From: Planctomycetota bacterium
GTDB taxonomy: Bacteria > Planctomycetota > JAJSAM01 > JAJVHW01
Assembly: GCA_965248445.1 (NCBI GenBank)
Contig: CBDFJG010000003.1
Location: 1,120,001 to 1,184,000 of the forward strand
Direction of reading: 5' to 3'
Length of the DNA: 64,000 bases
The position numbers and the translations under genes were made by a program. Below the pieces are notes generated by a model. It had not been told where the DNA came from and did not search any database. It worked only from the letters and a program-made list of their open reading frames with translations. Positions 46,388 to 55,390 of this stretch are shown here, in pieces. How positions within the stretch are numbered: position 1 is the first letter of the stretch; every line of letters begins with the position of its first letter.

Positions 46388-48760
46388 ATGCACCGACTCG
46401 CCGGCACCCTTCTCGCCAGTACCCTTCTCGGCAGTACCTTTCTCGCCTTGGCCGCGCTCCTTGCCGCCACGGCTCTGGCCGCCACGGAGGCGACGTTCGA
46501 CGACGGCCGCCAGAAGGACGAGATCACCGGTCTCTCGGCATCGGCGGCCGACGACGTGCGGATCGTGATCCCCGCGCGCCCGGGCATGACGCTCGACGTC
46601 ACGCTCACTCCCGACGGTGACAACCCCGCGTCCGGACTCGCGGCGCAGCTCGTCGATCCGGACGCCGTAGATCTCCTGATCACGGGCAGCGCGTTCGACA
46701 AGTCCAAGGTCGGCAAGGACGAGGTGCGGTGGAGGAAGGCGCCACTCACCCGTGCGGGGGACCACGTGCTCGTGATCGCCGTCGGCAGTCCGGGGGGCTG
46801 GCGGGTCAAGCTGGGCGGCAAGGGTGGTGGCGAGAACATCACCGAGACCTCGAACGAGGACCTCATCCCCGCGACGGAGGTCGAGCTGCCGTTCGCAGGT
46901 CTCGCCGGCGACACGGTGAAGTGGAAGGTCGTGCGCGTCGGCAAGAGCGGGCTCGACCCCGCCGTCGTCCGGATCGAGAGGCCGGACGGCAGCTTCCTTC
47001 CCGACGTGCCGATGGACGCCAAGGGCAGCGCGCTGCTCGACGCCGACGGCGAGCACTCGTTCGTGTTCACGAACGCGGGCATCGGCCCGGGCGCGTGGAA
47101 GGCCAAGCTCAAGCTCAAGAGGCGCAAGGACCGCAAGCGCAAGGGACACGTCTCCGCCGAGCAGACCGGACTCGTCCCCGTCGTCAAGAAAGTCGACCCC
47201 AAGAAGGGCGTGCACATCGACACCGCGCTCGCCCTGCTCCTGACCGGCACCGACTTCGAGCCCACAATGGACATCCGCCTCGTGCGCAACGGCCGCGACG
47301 ACATCATCGCCACGAACGTCGCCGTGCTCTCGGACACGGAGGCAACGTGCGTGATCGATCTCGACACGCGGAACGAAGAGGGCAACGGCAGATCGGTCGG
47401 CAAGTGGAAGGTCTCGGCCTGGAACCTGCCGCTCTACGGCGACGACCAGGACCCGACGACGCTGGACAAGACCAGCCCGCTGGTCAGCCAGAAGAAGAGC
47501 CTCCAGTCGGTCACGGCGGGCTCGGTCACGCTCCCCAAGGGTGTGCAGGACGACACGGAGTTGTGGGTCGTGCAGTTCAACGACGAGTTCCAGGCGGACC
47601 TCGACCGCATGGGGCTCGGGAGCGACGACGCGATCGTACGCATACTCAGCCGCGGCGTCGTCGAGGCGTACGTGATTGCGTACTTGCGGGACCTCTTCGG
47701 CGCCAACGAGACGAACGGTGCCGTCAAGGGCACCGTCGCCGTGCCGGTGAGCTTCGTAGTCGATCCCGTCAGCGCCATCGCCGGCGAAGCCGGACTTGAC
47801 TACAACGTGATCGACGTCGGCGGCAAGTGGGAGGACGGTGATCCTCAGGACGCCGCAGAGACACTGCCGTGGGGCTTCGCCGCGACGGACACTGGCAATG
47901 CGGCGCGGGAGGACCTGCAGGCGCTCGACGACGACGGCACGACGCGGCTCGGTCTGGGCGTGCGCACGCGCGTCCTGAACCCGAACGGCCCGAACGCGTC
48001 CCAGAGCTTGATCGCGGCCATGGCGCCGCTGCGCAACGTGCCTCTCACTGCGAACGACGAGCGCTACTTTCGGGCGACGTTCAACGGCAACAACTCAGCG
48101 CGGGTTGCGCGGTATGCAGCGATCGTCACACAACTCGAGCGGGCGGCACGGGAGATCGCGGCGATCATCGCTCACCATGTCGGCCGCGCGATGGGCCTGC
48201 CAACAGCGGGCACCGGTCCGATGGATGCACCGTCGACCTCCGGCAAGATGTGGACCGACCGCGACACGCTGTCGTTCGCGGGCGCGGATCTGACCACCCT
48301 CCGGAACAACGCCGTCGCCCACGCGCTGCCGGGCAAGTCGGGCAAGCTGAAGGTCATCTTCCTGCCTCTCCAGGACCAGCAGCCGGAGCTGCTTCCGAAC
48401 CTCACCACGGGATCGGCGTACTCGACCGACTGGGACTTCGTCGGAGGACGTTGCAACGCCAAGCCGGCGGATTACAGGATGCAATACACACCGGGCAGCC
48501 GGGTCCTGCCCCAGACCACACTCACGCACACGTCGCTCTCTGGCACCGTGCCGGTGTGCGCGGACGGCGGGAGCTGCGCCAACATCAGCGCCGTCATCTG
48601 TGGGGTATTCAGCTTCCAGCTTGCGATTACCGATACCGTCCGTGACGAGGTCACATTCATCTTTCACAGGCTTAAGGCGTTGCCTGACCTCGGTCAGCTG
48701 CCGGGTCCCCTGGTCCCGCAGGCAACGACTTGCCGCAATCAGGTACTCGCCGCACCATGA
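46388..48760 (+). CDS. Large secreted protein: basic tandem beta domains, Ig-like domain, degenerate metzincin-like domain
   Basis: Signal peptide; IPT-like 'PVVKKVDP..LLTGTDF'; 'IIAHHVGRAMGL....GPM'. Confidence 0.65.
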   Translation: MHRLAGTLLASTLLGSTFLALAALLAATALAATEATFDDGRQKDEITGLSASAADDVRIVIPARPGMTLDVTLTPDGDNPASGLAAQLVDPDAVDLLITGSAFDKSKVGKDEVRWRKAPLTRAGDHVLVIAVGSPGGWRVKLGGKGGGENITETSNEDLIPATEVELPFAGLAGDTVKWKVVRVGKSGLDPAVVRIERPDGSFLPDVPMDAKGSALLDADGEHSFVFTNAGIGPGAWKAKLKLKRRKDRKRKGHVSAEQTGLVPVVKKVDPKKGVHIDTALALLLTGTDFEPTMDIRLVRNGRDDIIATNVAVLSDTEATCVIDLDTRNEEGNGRSVGKWKVSAWNLPLYGDDQDPTTLDKTSPLVSQKKSLQSVTAGSVTLPKGVQDDTELWVVQFNDEFQADLDRMGLGSDDAIVRILSRGVVEAYVIAYLRDLFGANETNGAVKGTVAVPVSFVVDPVSAIAGEAGLDYNVIDVGGKWEDGDPQDAAETLPWGFAATDTGNAAREDLQALDDDGTTRLGLGVRTRVLNPNGPNASQSLIAAMAPLRNVPLTANDERYFRATFNGNNSARVARYAAIVTQLERAAREIAAIIAHHVGRAMGLPTAGTGPMDAPSTSGKMWTDRDTLSFAGADLTTLRNNAVAHALPGKSGKLKVIFLPLQDQQPELLPNLTTGSAYSTDWDFVGGRCNAKPADYRMQYTPGSRVLPQTTLTHTSLSGTVPVCADGGSCANISAVICGVFSFQLAITDTVRDEVTFIFHRLKALPDLGQLPGPLVPQATTCRNQVLAAP

Positions 48761-49032
48761 TGAAGAAGCTCCTTCCCACGATCGCAGCCGTCGCGCTCAT
48801 CGCGCTTGCCGGCTGCTCCTCGATCGACTCCGAGATCAGCGCCCTACGCGCCGAGGAGGAAGACCTCATCCGCCACATCGAGGCGGTCAAGGAGGTCCGC
48901 AAGAAGAGCGTCCAGCTCCAGACTGCTCTCGAGCAGATGAAGCAGGACGACAGCTCCGCGAACGAACGCGCCGTCGAAGAGGCCCGCCAGGATCTCGAGG
49001 ACGCCAAGACGGCGGCCTCGCAGTACATCTAG
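48757..49032 (+). CDS. Small coiled-coil lipoprotein
   Basis: Lipobox LAGC; heptad pattern; ATGA overlap with the upstream gene. Confidence 0.75.
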   Translation: MMKKLLPTIAAVALIALAGCSSIDSEISALRAEEEDLIRHIEAVKEVRKKSVQLQTALEQMKQDDSSANERAVEEARQDLEDAKTAASQYI

Positions 49033-49075
49033 ACGCACATCTAGCCGTACATCTGGACGCACACTTCTAGACGCA
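49021..49075. repeat. Degenerate ~12-bp tandem repeat containing three CTAG
   Basis: cagtacatctag acgcacatctag ccgtacatctgg acgcacacttctag acgca. Confidence 0.75.
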
Positions 49076-49077
49076 GG

Positions 49078-50529
49078 TCAGTAGTTGCGCAGGACGTACG
49101 CGCGCCACTCCTCGTCGAGCTCTTCCGGCGTCTTGCCGAAGTGCTCGGCGAGCAGCGCGACCTGATCTGCCTTGAAGCTTGCGGCGGCGATGTAGGCCTG
49201 TGTCGCCTTCGGGGCCTTCTCGCGGAGCCAGAGAAGCACGCTCCACGACTTGACGGCCTGCTCGAGGTTCATGCGGCCGATCTCCAGCTCTACGAGCCCG
49301 CGCAGCGCGACGTCGTCGGAAGACCGCACCAGGTCGCGTGCCAGAAGACGCCACTTCGGGGACCCCGCCCAGCGCAGGCCGTTGTCGTCGTTGCCGTAAC
49401 GGGAAGAGGAGTCACCGATGCATCGTGCGTCCGCGTCGGGCACAACCAAGGCGGCCACATCCTGCGCGATGGCCTCGTAGACCCACGGAGCGCGCGAGGC
49501 GCCGAACGCACGACGCAAGAAGATGTGTGCCGTCTGGTGGGCAACGTAATCGCCCATGTCGTACATGTCGTCCCGGGCCCGGCGCTTACTCCCGTAGTAG
49601 CCATTCTTCGCGTTCCCGCGAAAGCCGTACGTGAGCCACTTCTCGAGGGACTGTCCGCGGTCGAGCTCGACGCGGAGCCACTCGTCCCAGAGGTGCTCCT
49701 GCATCAGGCAGAAGCGCATCGGGGCCGCGGAGACTTGCTCGCCCGCCGGATCTACGCCGACGTACTCCGCAGTACGCAGGTAGGCCAGCTCGCCCGCGCG
49801 CGCAACGTACGTACCCTCGTCGTGGTGACTGCTGGACACCAAGCGGATGTGCTCGGTCTCTTTCCCACGCAGCCGGACACCCAGCGTCGCCTCCCAGTCC
49901 TTCTCGCGCGCCGCGTTCTTCACTCCGCGCGCCGCCGTGTAGGCCTCGTGCAAGGCCGCGGGAACCCACAGCCCGTCGAGCGGCACGCGGCCGAGACGCA
50001 CGCGAGCGGTCGTCGAGTCGGCGTCCGCGGCGATCGCGCGGTGATACGCGCGATCCGCCTGGAGTGGGAAGCCTCGGCGCTCCGCCTCCGCCCCCACCTT
50101 CACGTACCGTTTCGCGAGATCCTCCTCCACCGGGCCGATGTACTTGCGCTCCCACGCGTTCACCCTCGCCCAGTACTCGTCCGAGCTCTCCCCGCGCCGA
50201 CGCGTGTTTTGGCGCTCGACGGCGGCGGCGAGCGCCTCGTTCAGCTTCCACTCGCCATCGACCTCGCGCCAGCCGAGGTGTGCACGCGCGCCCTTGTGAT
50301 CCGGGTTCCAAACGAGAATGCGGTCGCAAAGCGAAGCATGCTGCCGGGGGAGATCGTCGTCCCGCGCCCGCGTCGCTGCCTTCCAGAGCCCCTTCACGGC
50401 AGCCTTCGCGATCGCCTTCTGCCGCGTCTTGAAGAACTCTACGCCAGCGTCCCGCTCCGCCGCAACGGCCGGCACGGGCGCCACAGTCGTGAGCGCAAGC
50501 AGCCCGAGTACGAACACCGTCGCGCGCAT
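49078..50529 (-). CDS. Secreted hypothetical protein with degenerate zincin-like domain
   Basis: GGAGG RBS; signal peptide; 'PDHKGARAHLG' motif; VAHQTAH...APWVYEAIA; TPEELDEEWRAYV. Confidence 0.65.
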   Translation of the reverse strand: MRATVFVLGLLALTTVAPVPAVAAERDAGVEFFKTRQKAIAKAAVKGLWKAATRARDDDLPRQHASLCDRILVWNPDHKGARAHLGWREVDGEWKLNEALAAAVERQNTRRRGESSDEYWARVNAWERKYIGPVEEDLAKRYVKVGAEAERRGFPLQADRAYHRAIAADADSTTARVRLGRVPLDGLWVPAALHEAYTAARGVKNAAREKDWEATLGVRLRGKETEHIRLVSSSHHDEGTYVARAGELAYLRTAEYVGVDPAGEQVSAAPMRFCLMQEHLWDEWLRVELDRGQSLEKWLTYGFRGNAKNGYYGSKRRARDDMYDMGDYVAHQTAHIFLRRAFGASRAPWVYEAIAQDVAALVVPDADARCIGDSSSRYGNDDNGLRWAGSPKWRLLARDLVRSSDDVALRGLVELEIGRMNLEQAVKSWSVLLWLREKAPKATQAYIAAASFKADQVALLAEHFGKTPEELDEEWRAYVLRNY

Positions 50530-50581
50530 CGTCAGTCCTCCACCCGCCGCGACAGCATCGTATCGCTCCCGCTCCGCCCGC

Positions 50582-51103
50582 TCAGAGCTTACGCAGCAGG
50601 TAGATCTGGTCGATGTCGTGGTCTCCGTGCCGCAGGCTCCCGCGCTCGACGCCGTAGCGCTCGAAGTCGTGCTTCTCGAGCAGCTGCAGCGCGGCGTGAC
50701 TGGTCGAAGAGACCATGCACCGCACGTACGCGACACCGTCGCACGCGCGCACCTCGTCCAGGAGGGTCGCCACGAGAGCAGATCCGACGCCGCACCGGCG
50801 GTGCTCTTTCACCACGAAGAAGCTGCGGACGCTTCCCTTGTGCCGAACGGTCTGCTTCCCCTCGCGCCGGAAGCTGATCATCCCGCACAGCTCCGGCGCG
50901 AACGCGCCCACGACGAACAGTTCCGTACCGGCTGGACCCGGTCCCAGGAGTGCGGATCTCTGCGCGTCGGTGCCGGCTCGCCATGCGCGCACGCTCGCCG
51001 TGAAAGCGTCGGGGTGCTCGTCCAGCGCCCGCTGGCGCAGGGCACGGCACGCCGCGGCGTCGTCGAGAGTCAGACGCCGCACCAGGACGCCGTCGCGCGG
51101 CAC
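50582..51103 (-). CDS. GNAT-family N-acetyltransferase
   Basis: LR..AL.EHPDAF; FVVKEHRRCGVGSALV; AALQLLEKHDFERYGVE. Confidence 0.85.
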   Translation of the reverse strand: MPRDGVLVRRLTLDDAAACRALRQRALDEHPDAFTASVRAWRAGTDAQRSALLGPGPAGTELFVVGAFAPELCGMISFRREGKQTVRHKGSVRSFFVVKEHRRCGVGSALVATLLDEVRACDGVAYVRCMVSSTSHAALQLLEKHDFERYGVERGSLRHGDHDIDQIYLLRKL

Positions 51104-51109
51104 CGGCCC

Positions 51110-52414
51110 CTACTCCGCCTGCGGGCCCTTGCTGGGCGCAGGCTTCTGGCAGCCGTACTTGCCGAGGTACTTCTTCTCCCCGGCGGCCAGCGCCTCGGCG
51201 AGCGACAACCGCGGGAGCCATACGGCGGAGTCGACCTTGAGGTCGGTTCCGACGAGGTTCAGGCCGAGGATGCGCCGGAGCACGTTCTCGCGTGTCATGT
51301 GCACCTTCACGTCCGTTTCGGCTGCGTTGCGATCGATGATGTTGCGGGAGGCGAACGCAGCCGACCACTCCTTGCTCACCGGCACGGAGATCTCGCCGGT
51401 CAGGCAGCCCTCCGCGTCGTCGATCAGGTCCGACTCGTCCTCAATGTCGTCGACGTCCATCTTCATGTTGAACTCGAGGTAGTCCGCAACGAGGTTGCCC
51501 GCGAACAGCGTGTTCGTCATCTCGAGGTCCTTGGACCGCTTCTCGTTGTCGATGCCGTAGTAGTCACTGCAACCGAGCACATTCCCATCGCCCGCGACGG
51601 TCGTGCTCGACTCGAGCTTCAGCGCGGAGCCGGCGATCGTGCCGAACGCGTCGTACTTCTCGGTGAAGAGCGACGTGTTGTTGTTGAACGTGAACTGCGG
51701 CACGTCGGCGCCGGTGAACGACGTGTGTAGCGCGAATCCGTAGCCGGTGTTGTTGATCGAGAGGTTGTTCTCGACCGTGCACTTGCTCTTCTGGTGTCCC
51801 CACACCGCGATCGCGCCGCCCGTGGGCGCCGTGTTCACGACGACGCAGTTGCGCACGACGATGTCGCCGAGCTTCCACGCGGCGACGGAGATCCCGCCCG
51901 ACTCGGGACTCGGCATCTTGCCGCTCGCGCCCTTCCGGATGATCTTGAGGTCCTTGTCCTCGACGTAGCGGTTGCGGTCGCCGTTGTCGACGATGATCCC
52001 GTCCACCACGATCTTGTGTGCGGCGTTCTGCCGCCACTTCGAGCAGTCGACCGAAAGCCGGATGCCGGTGTTGAAGTTCTCCGACGTGTTCGACCCGGAG
52101 AGGATTGTCTTGTGCGCGCCCCAGGGGTCGCGGGCCTTGAAGTCCTGGGAGTACCCGCCGTAGATCTCGACGGGCACGACGATCTGCGTCGTGCCGCTCT
52201 CACCGCGTCCGAGGTACACGCCCTCGGCGATGTGGACGCGATCGCCCGCTTCGATCTTCGTCACGATGTTGCCGAGGTCCTTGGCCGGCTTCTCGATCGT
52301 CCCCTTCTTGCCCTTGCCCGTCGCGACGGACACGTACCAGTCACGGGCGAGTGCCTCGTCCGCGAACACAAACGGCAGCGCGAACACGGCAGCAGCGAGC
52401 AGAAAACGACGCAT
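51110..52414 (-). CDS. Secreted right-handed parallel beta-helix protein
   Basis: GAGGAGG RBS; signal peptide; WYVS...G...GT..KP, GDRVHIAEGVY; Asn-ladder repeats (VENNLSINN, FNNNTSLF). Confidence 0.75.
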   Translation of the reverse strand: MRRFLLAAAVFALPFVFADEALARDWYVSVATGKGKKGTIEKPAKDLGNIVTKIEAGDRVHIAEGVYLGRGESGTTQIVVPVEIYGGYSQDFKARDPWGAHKTILSGSNTSENFNTGIRLSVDCSKWRQNAAHKIVVDGIIVDNGDRNRYVEDKDLKIIRKGASGKMPSPESGGISVAAWKLGDIVVRNCVVVNTAPTGGAIAVWGHQKSKCTVENNLSINNTGYGFALHTSFTGADVPQFTFNNNTSLFTEKYDAFGTIAGSALKLESSTTVAGDGNVLGCSDYYGIDNEKRSKDLEMTNTLFAGNLVADYLEFNMKMDVDDIEDESDLIDDAEGCLTGEISVPVSKEWSAAFASRNIIDRNAAETDVKVHMTRENVLRRILGLNLVGTDLKVDSAVWLPRLSLAEALAAGEKKYLGKYGCQKPAPSKGPQAE

Positions 52415-52570
52415 CGGACACCTCCTCTTCGAGTACGCGGCCCACGGTACTGACCGCTGCGAAGCCCGGTCAAGCGCTCGCGGATTCGATGGGCCGGCGC
52501 AACGGTAGACTCGGCCCGGTCACTGATAGAGGTTCGGCGGGAGCCGTCGCTTCCGCGGGAGGGGGCTGCC

Positions 52571-54934
52571 ACGGACTCCGAGATCCTCCTGGCGTTGCTG
52601 ATCCTGCTCGCGGTCGCGGTCGGCGTGGGCATGCTCCGGATCCACGCGTCTCTCCACGGACTGAAGAAGGAGAACCGCCTCCTCTGGATCGAGTTGGGCC
52701 GACTCGCCAAGCGAATCCGGCAGGGTGGCGACCCCGCGCCCGTGGACGCACCCGCGTCCGTGGACACGGAGCCCGCGGTCCAGGAACTCACACCGGCTCC
52801 GCCGACACCCGAGCCGGCGACGGTCCCGCCACCGACACCCGAACCACCGGCGGTCCCGTCACCAACCCTCCCCGTGCCCGAGCAGCCCGCACCCCCTTTG
52901 GCGGCTCGACGGGGATCAGCGGTGGTCGCGCCGGCCGTGCCGCCGGAGCCACGCGAGCCCTCGCCGCGCGAGTCGCGGCCCGGGATCGAGGCGTTCGTCG
53001 GGGGACGTGTGCTGCTCGTCGTCGGGATCGTCGTCGTGCTCGCCGGACTCGGTTTCTTGCTGAAGCTCGCCATCGACCGCGGCTGGATCGGTCCCGAGGC
53101 GCGCATCGCGATCGGCGCGGTCGCGGGGGTCGCTGCCCTCTTCGGCGGCGACCGGATGCGCGGCCGCGGCTTCGACGTCTTCGGCCACGCCCTGATGGGC
53201 GGAGGTCTCGGCGCGTTGTACCTCTGCGTCTATTTCGCCACGGTCCGCTACGAGTTCCTGGGACTTCCGGCGGGCTATGCGGCGACGGCCGCGCTCACAG
53301 CCTTGGGGGTGCTGCTGGCGCTGCGACGCCGCGCGTTGCTGCTCGCGTATCTCGGGTTCCTCGGCGGTTTCCTGGCGCCGGGACTCCTCGGCTGGACCGA
53401 CGAATCGCTGCCGACGATGACAGCGTGGCTCGTCGTGCTGGATCTCGGCGTTGCCGCGGTGCTGTGCCGGCGTCGCTGGCCGGCGCTCGATCTCATGGCG
53501 CTCACAGCGAGCGTCGTCTGCTTCACGGTGTGGCACGTCCACTTCATGGTGCCGGATCGACTGACGACCGCGGTGGCGTGCCTCGGCCTGCTGACGGCTG
53601 CACTTCTCGTGGTGGCGCTCGTGCCGTCGCTGACGACGGCACGACGTGCAACCACCCGGCCAGAGAGCCTGCAGTCGGAAGTCAGGTTCACCTCGATCTT
53701 GACGGCTCTGCTCACCGGCGCGGCCGCCGCAGTCGGCGGTCACATCCTGCTCTTCCCGGAGCACCGCTACGCGTTCGGCGGCGGCCTGCTCCTGCTCGCC
53801 GGCGTGTACGCCCTCGCGGCCTGGCTGCGGTTTTGGCGCGAGGACCGCTCCGATCACGATGCCGAGGCGTTCACCGCGCTGGGGGTCGCGTCACTGGCAA
53901 CCGCCATCCCCGTCATCTTCTCCGGGCACGCGGTGGCGCCGGCGCTCTCGTTCGCCGGACTCGCCGCGTGCGTGATCGGCGCGCGCCGCAAGTTCGCGGT
54001 CTTCGGCGCGCTCGGCGCCGTGATGATCGTGCTGGCGGTCGGCGACTTGCTGTTCTACCGCATGCCCCCGCACGACACGCTCTTCACGCCGTTCCTGAAC
54101 GGCACGTTCTGGTCGTTCACATCCCCGTGCATCGCGGCTCTCCTCGCAGGCCTGGCGTTCCACGCGAACACTCACTGGAAGACCGAGGGGAACCTGCTGA
54201 TCGGCGCCGGGCTCTGGATGTACGTGCCCGTGTTGATCTTCGAGCTGTGGCAGTACATGGGCGAGGCGTACGGCGCCGTGGGCGAGCAGACGTACGGACC
54301 CGCAGCGGCGTGCGCCGCCGTGGCGTTCTACGCAGCCGGCATCGGCTGGATGGCGCGCAGCCGCCCGACGGCCGCGTTCGTCCTGCCGCTCGGTCCGCTT
54401 GTCGCAACCATGCTGATCGGCATCGGGATGATCGGCTTCTCACACGACCGGCCGTACGTGCGCTTCGCCAATCCGGTGTTCGTGTCTGCGGCAATCATCG
54501 CGGGTGCTCCGATGGTGATCGCATGCTTCACGAAGCCCATACCGCGGCGCATTCTCGTCATCTCCGGGCTCGCGTTTCTGTTGTTCGCGGTCACCGGGGA
54601 TCTTCTGTCCTGGGCCGAGGAAGCCCGCATCGGCACGCTGACCAGGGAGGAACTGGAGTTCCGCGCACAGGTCTGGGTGTCGATCGCGTGGGCGCTCTAC
54701 GGCGGCGGGCTCATCGCGCTGGGGTTCGTGCGGCGGCGGGCGTACCTGCGCTGGGCCGGACTCATCGTGTTCGGCATCACACTGGCCAAGGTCGTGCTGT
54801 TCGATATGGCCTCGCTCGACGTCGTCTACCGCATCGGTTCGTTCCTGGTCCTGGGAGTGCTGCTGGTCGGGGTGTCGTTCCTGTACCAGCGAGCCCGCAA
54901 GCAGGACGAGGCGACGGATCAACCGCCCAGGTAG
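52571..54934 (+). CDS. DUF2339-like polytopic membrane protein
   Basis: 'EAFVGGRVLLVVG..GLGFLLKLAIDRGWIGPEARIAIG' and 'KVVLFDMASL...RIGSFLVLGVLL..SFLYQR'. Start uncertain: ACG 52571 behind GGAGG, or TTG 52595. Confidence 0.85.
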   Translation, partial: TDSEILLALLILLAVAVGVGMLRIHASLHGLKKENRLLWIELGRLAKRIRQGGDPAPVDAPASVDTEPAVQELTPAPPTPEPATVPPPTPEPPAVPSPTLPVPEQPAPPLAARRGSAVVAPAVPPEPREPSPRESRPGIEAFVGGRVLLVVGIVVVLAGLGFLLKLAIDRGWIGPEARIAIGAVAGVAALFGGDRMRGRGFDVFGHALMGGGLGALYLCVYFATVRYEFLGLPAGYAATAALTALGVLLALRRRALLLAYLGFLGGFLAPGLLGWTDESLPTMTAWLVVLDLGVAAVLCRRRWPALDLMALTASVVCFTVWHVHFMVPDRLTTAVACLGLLTAALLVVALVPSLTTARRATTRPESLQSEVRFTSILTALLTGAAAAVGGHILLFPEHRYAFGGGLLLLAGVYALAAWLRFWREDRSDHDAEAFTALGVASLATAIPVIFSGHAVAPALSFAGLAACVIGARRKFAVFGALGAVMIVLAVGDLLFYRMPPHDTLFTPFLNGTFWSFTSPCIAALLAGLAFHANTHWKTEGNLLIGAGLWMYVPVLIFELWQYMGEAYGAVGEQTYGPAAACAAVAFYAAGIGWMARSRPTAAFVLPLGPLVATMLIGIGMIGFSHDRPYVRFANPVFVSAAIIAGAPMVIACFTKPIPRRILVISGLAFLLFAVTGDLLSWAEEARIGTLTREELEFRAQVWVSIAWALYGGGLIALGFVRRRAYLRWAGLIVFGITLAKVVLFDMASLDVVYRIGSFLVLGVLLVGVSFLYQRARKQDEATDQPPR

Positions 54935-55350
54935 CTGCGCAGCGGCTCCCAGTACTTGTGGTCCCAGCCGCTGTCGATGTGGTCGCAGGCGTCTTCCGGC
55001 ACGCCGTCTTGGTCGAGCGTCACGATCGTTCCATCATCGTCCTCGTACAGGTCGATACTCAGGGTCGAGAACACGCCCTCGGGCCAGTCGAATACGCGCC
55101 AGGACTGCACGATGCGGCCGCATGGCTGCAGGGCCGTACCCCCGCCCCACGGCGGTCCGTCCAGGACTGGTCGGAGTTCGAGGTTGCGGCCCAGGATGAA
55201 CGTGCCGAAGCAGACGAACTCTCCGCCGTCCGTCGCGTCGATCTGCGCGGGGGCTCTGGTCCACTCCGCGAACTGTGCTGCGTCGGTGAGCGCGCGATAC
55301 ACGCGTGCCGGCGGCGCGTCGAAGCGCCGTTGCTGGTGAATCTGCGACAT
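54919..55350 (-). CDS. SRPBCC/AHSA1-like domain protein with a 15-aa in-frame insertion
   Basis: APPARVYRALTD...GRNLEL...RIVQSWR..DWPEG..S...GW...YWEPL. Confidence 0.85.
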   Translation of the reverse strand: MSQIHQQRRFDAPPARVYRALTDAAQFAEWTRAPAQIDATDGGEFVCFGTFILGRNLELRPVLDGPPWGGGTALQPCGRIVQSWRVFDWPEGVFSTLSIDLYEDDDGTIVTLDQDGVPEDACDHIDSGWDHKYWEPLRSYLGG

Positions 55351-55390
55351 CCGAGTCTCCCTTCGCGGTGTGAGAGTACGGGACCGCGCG

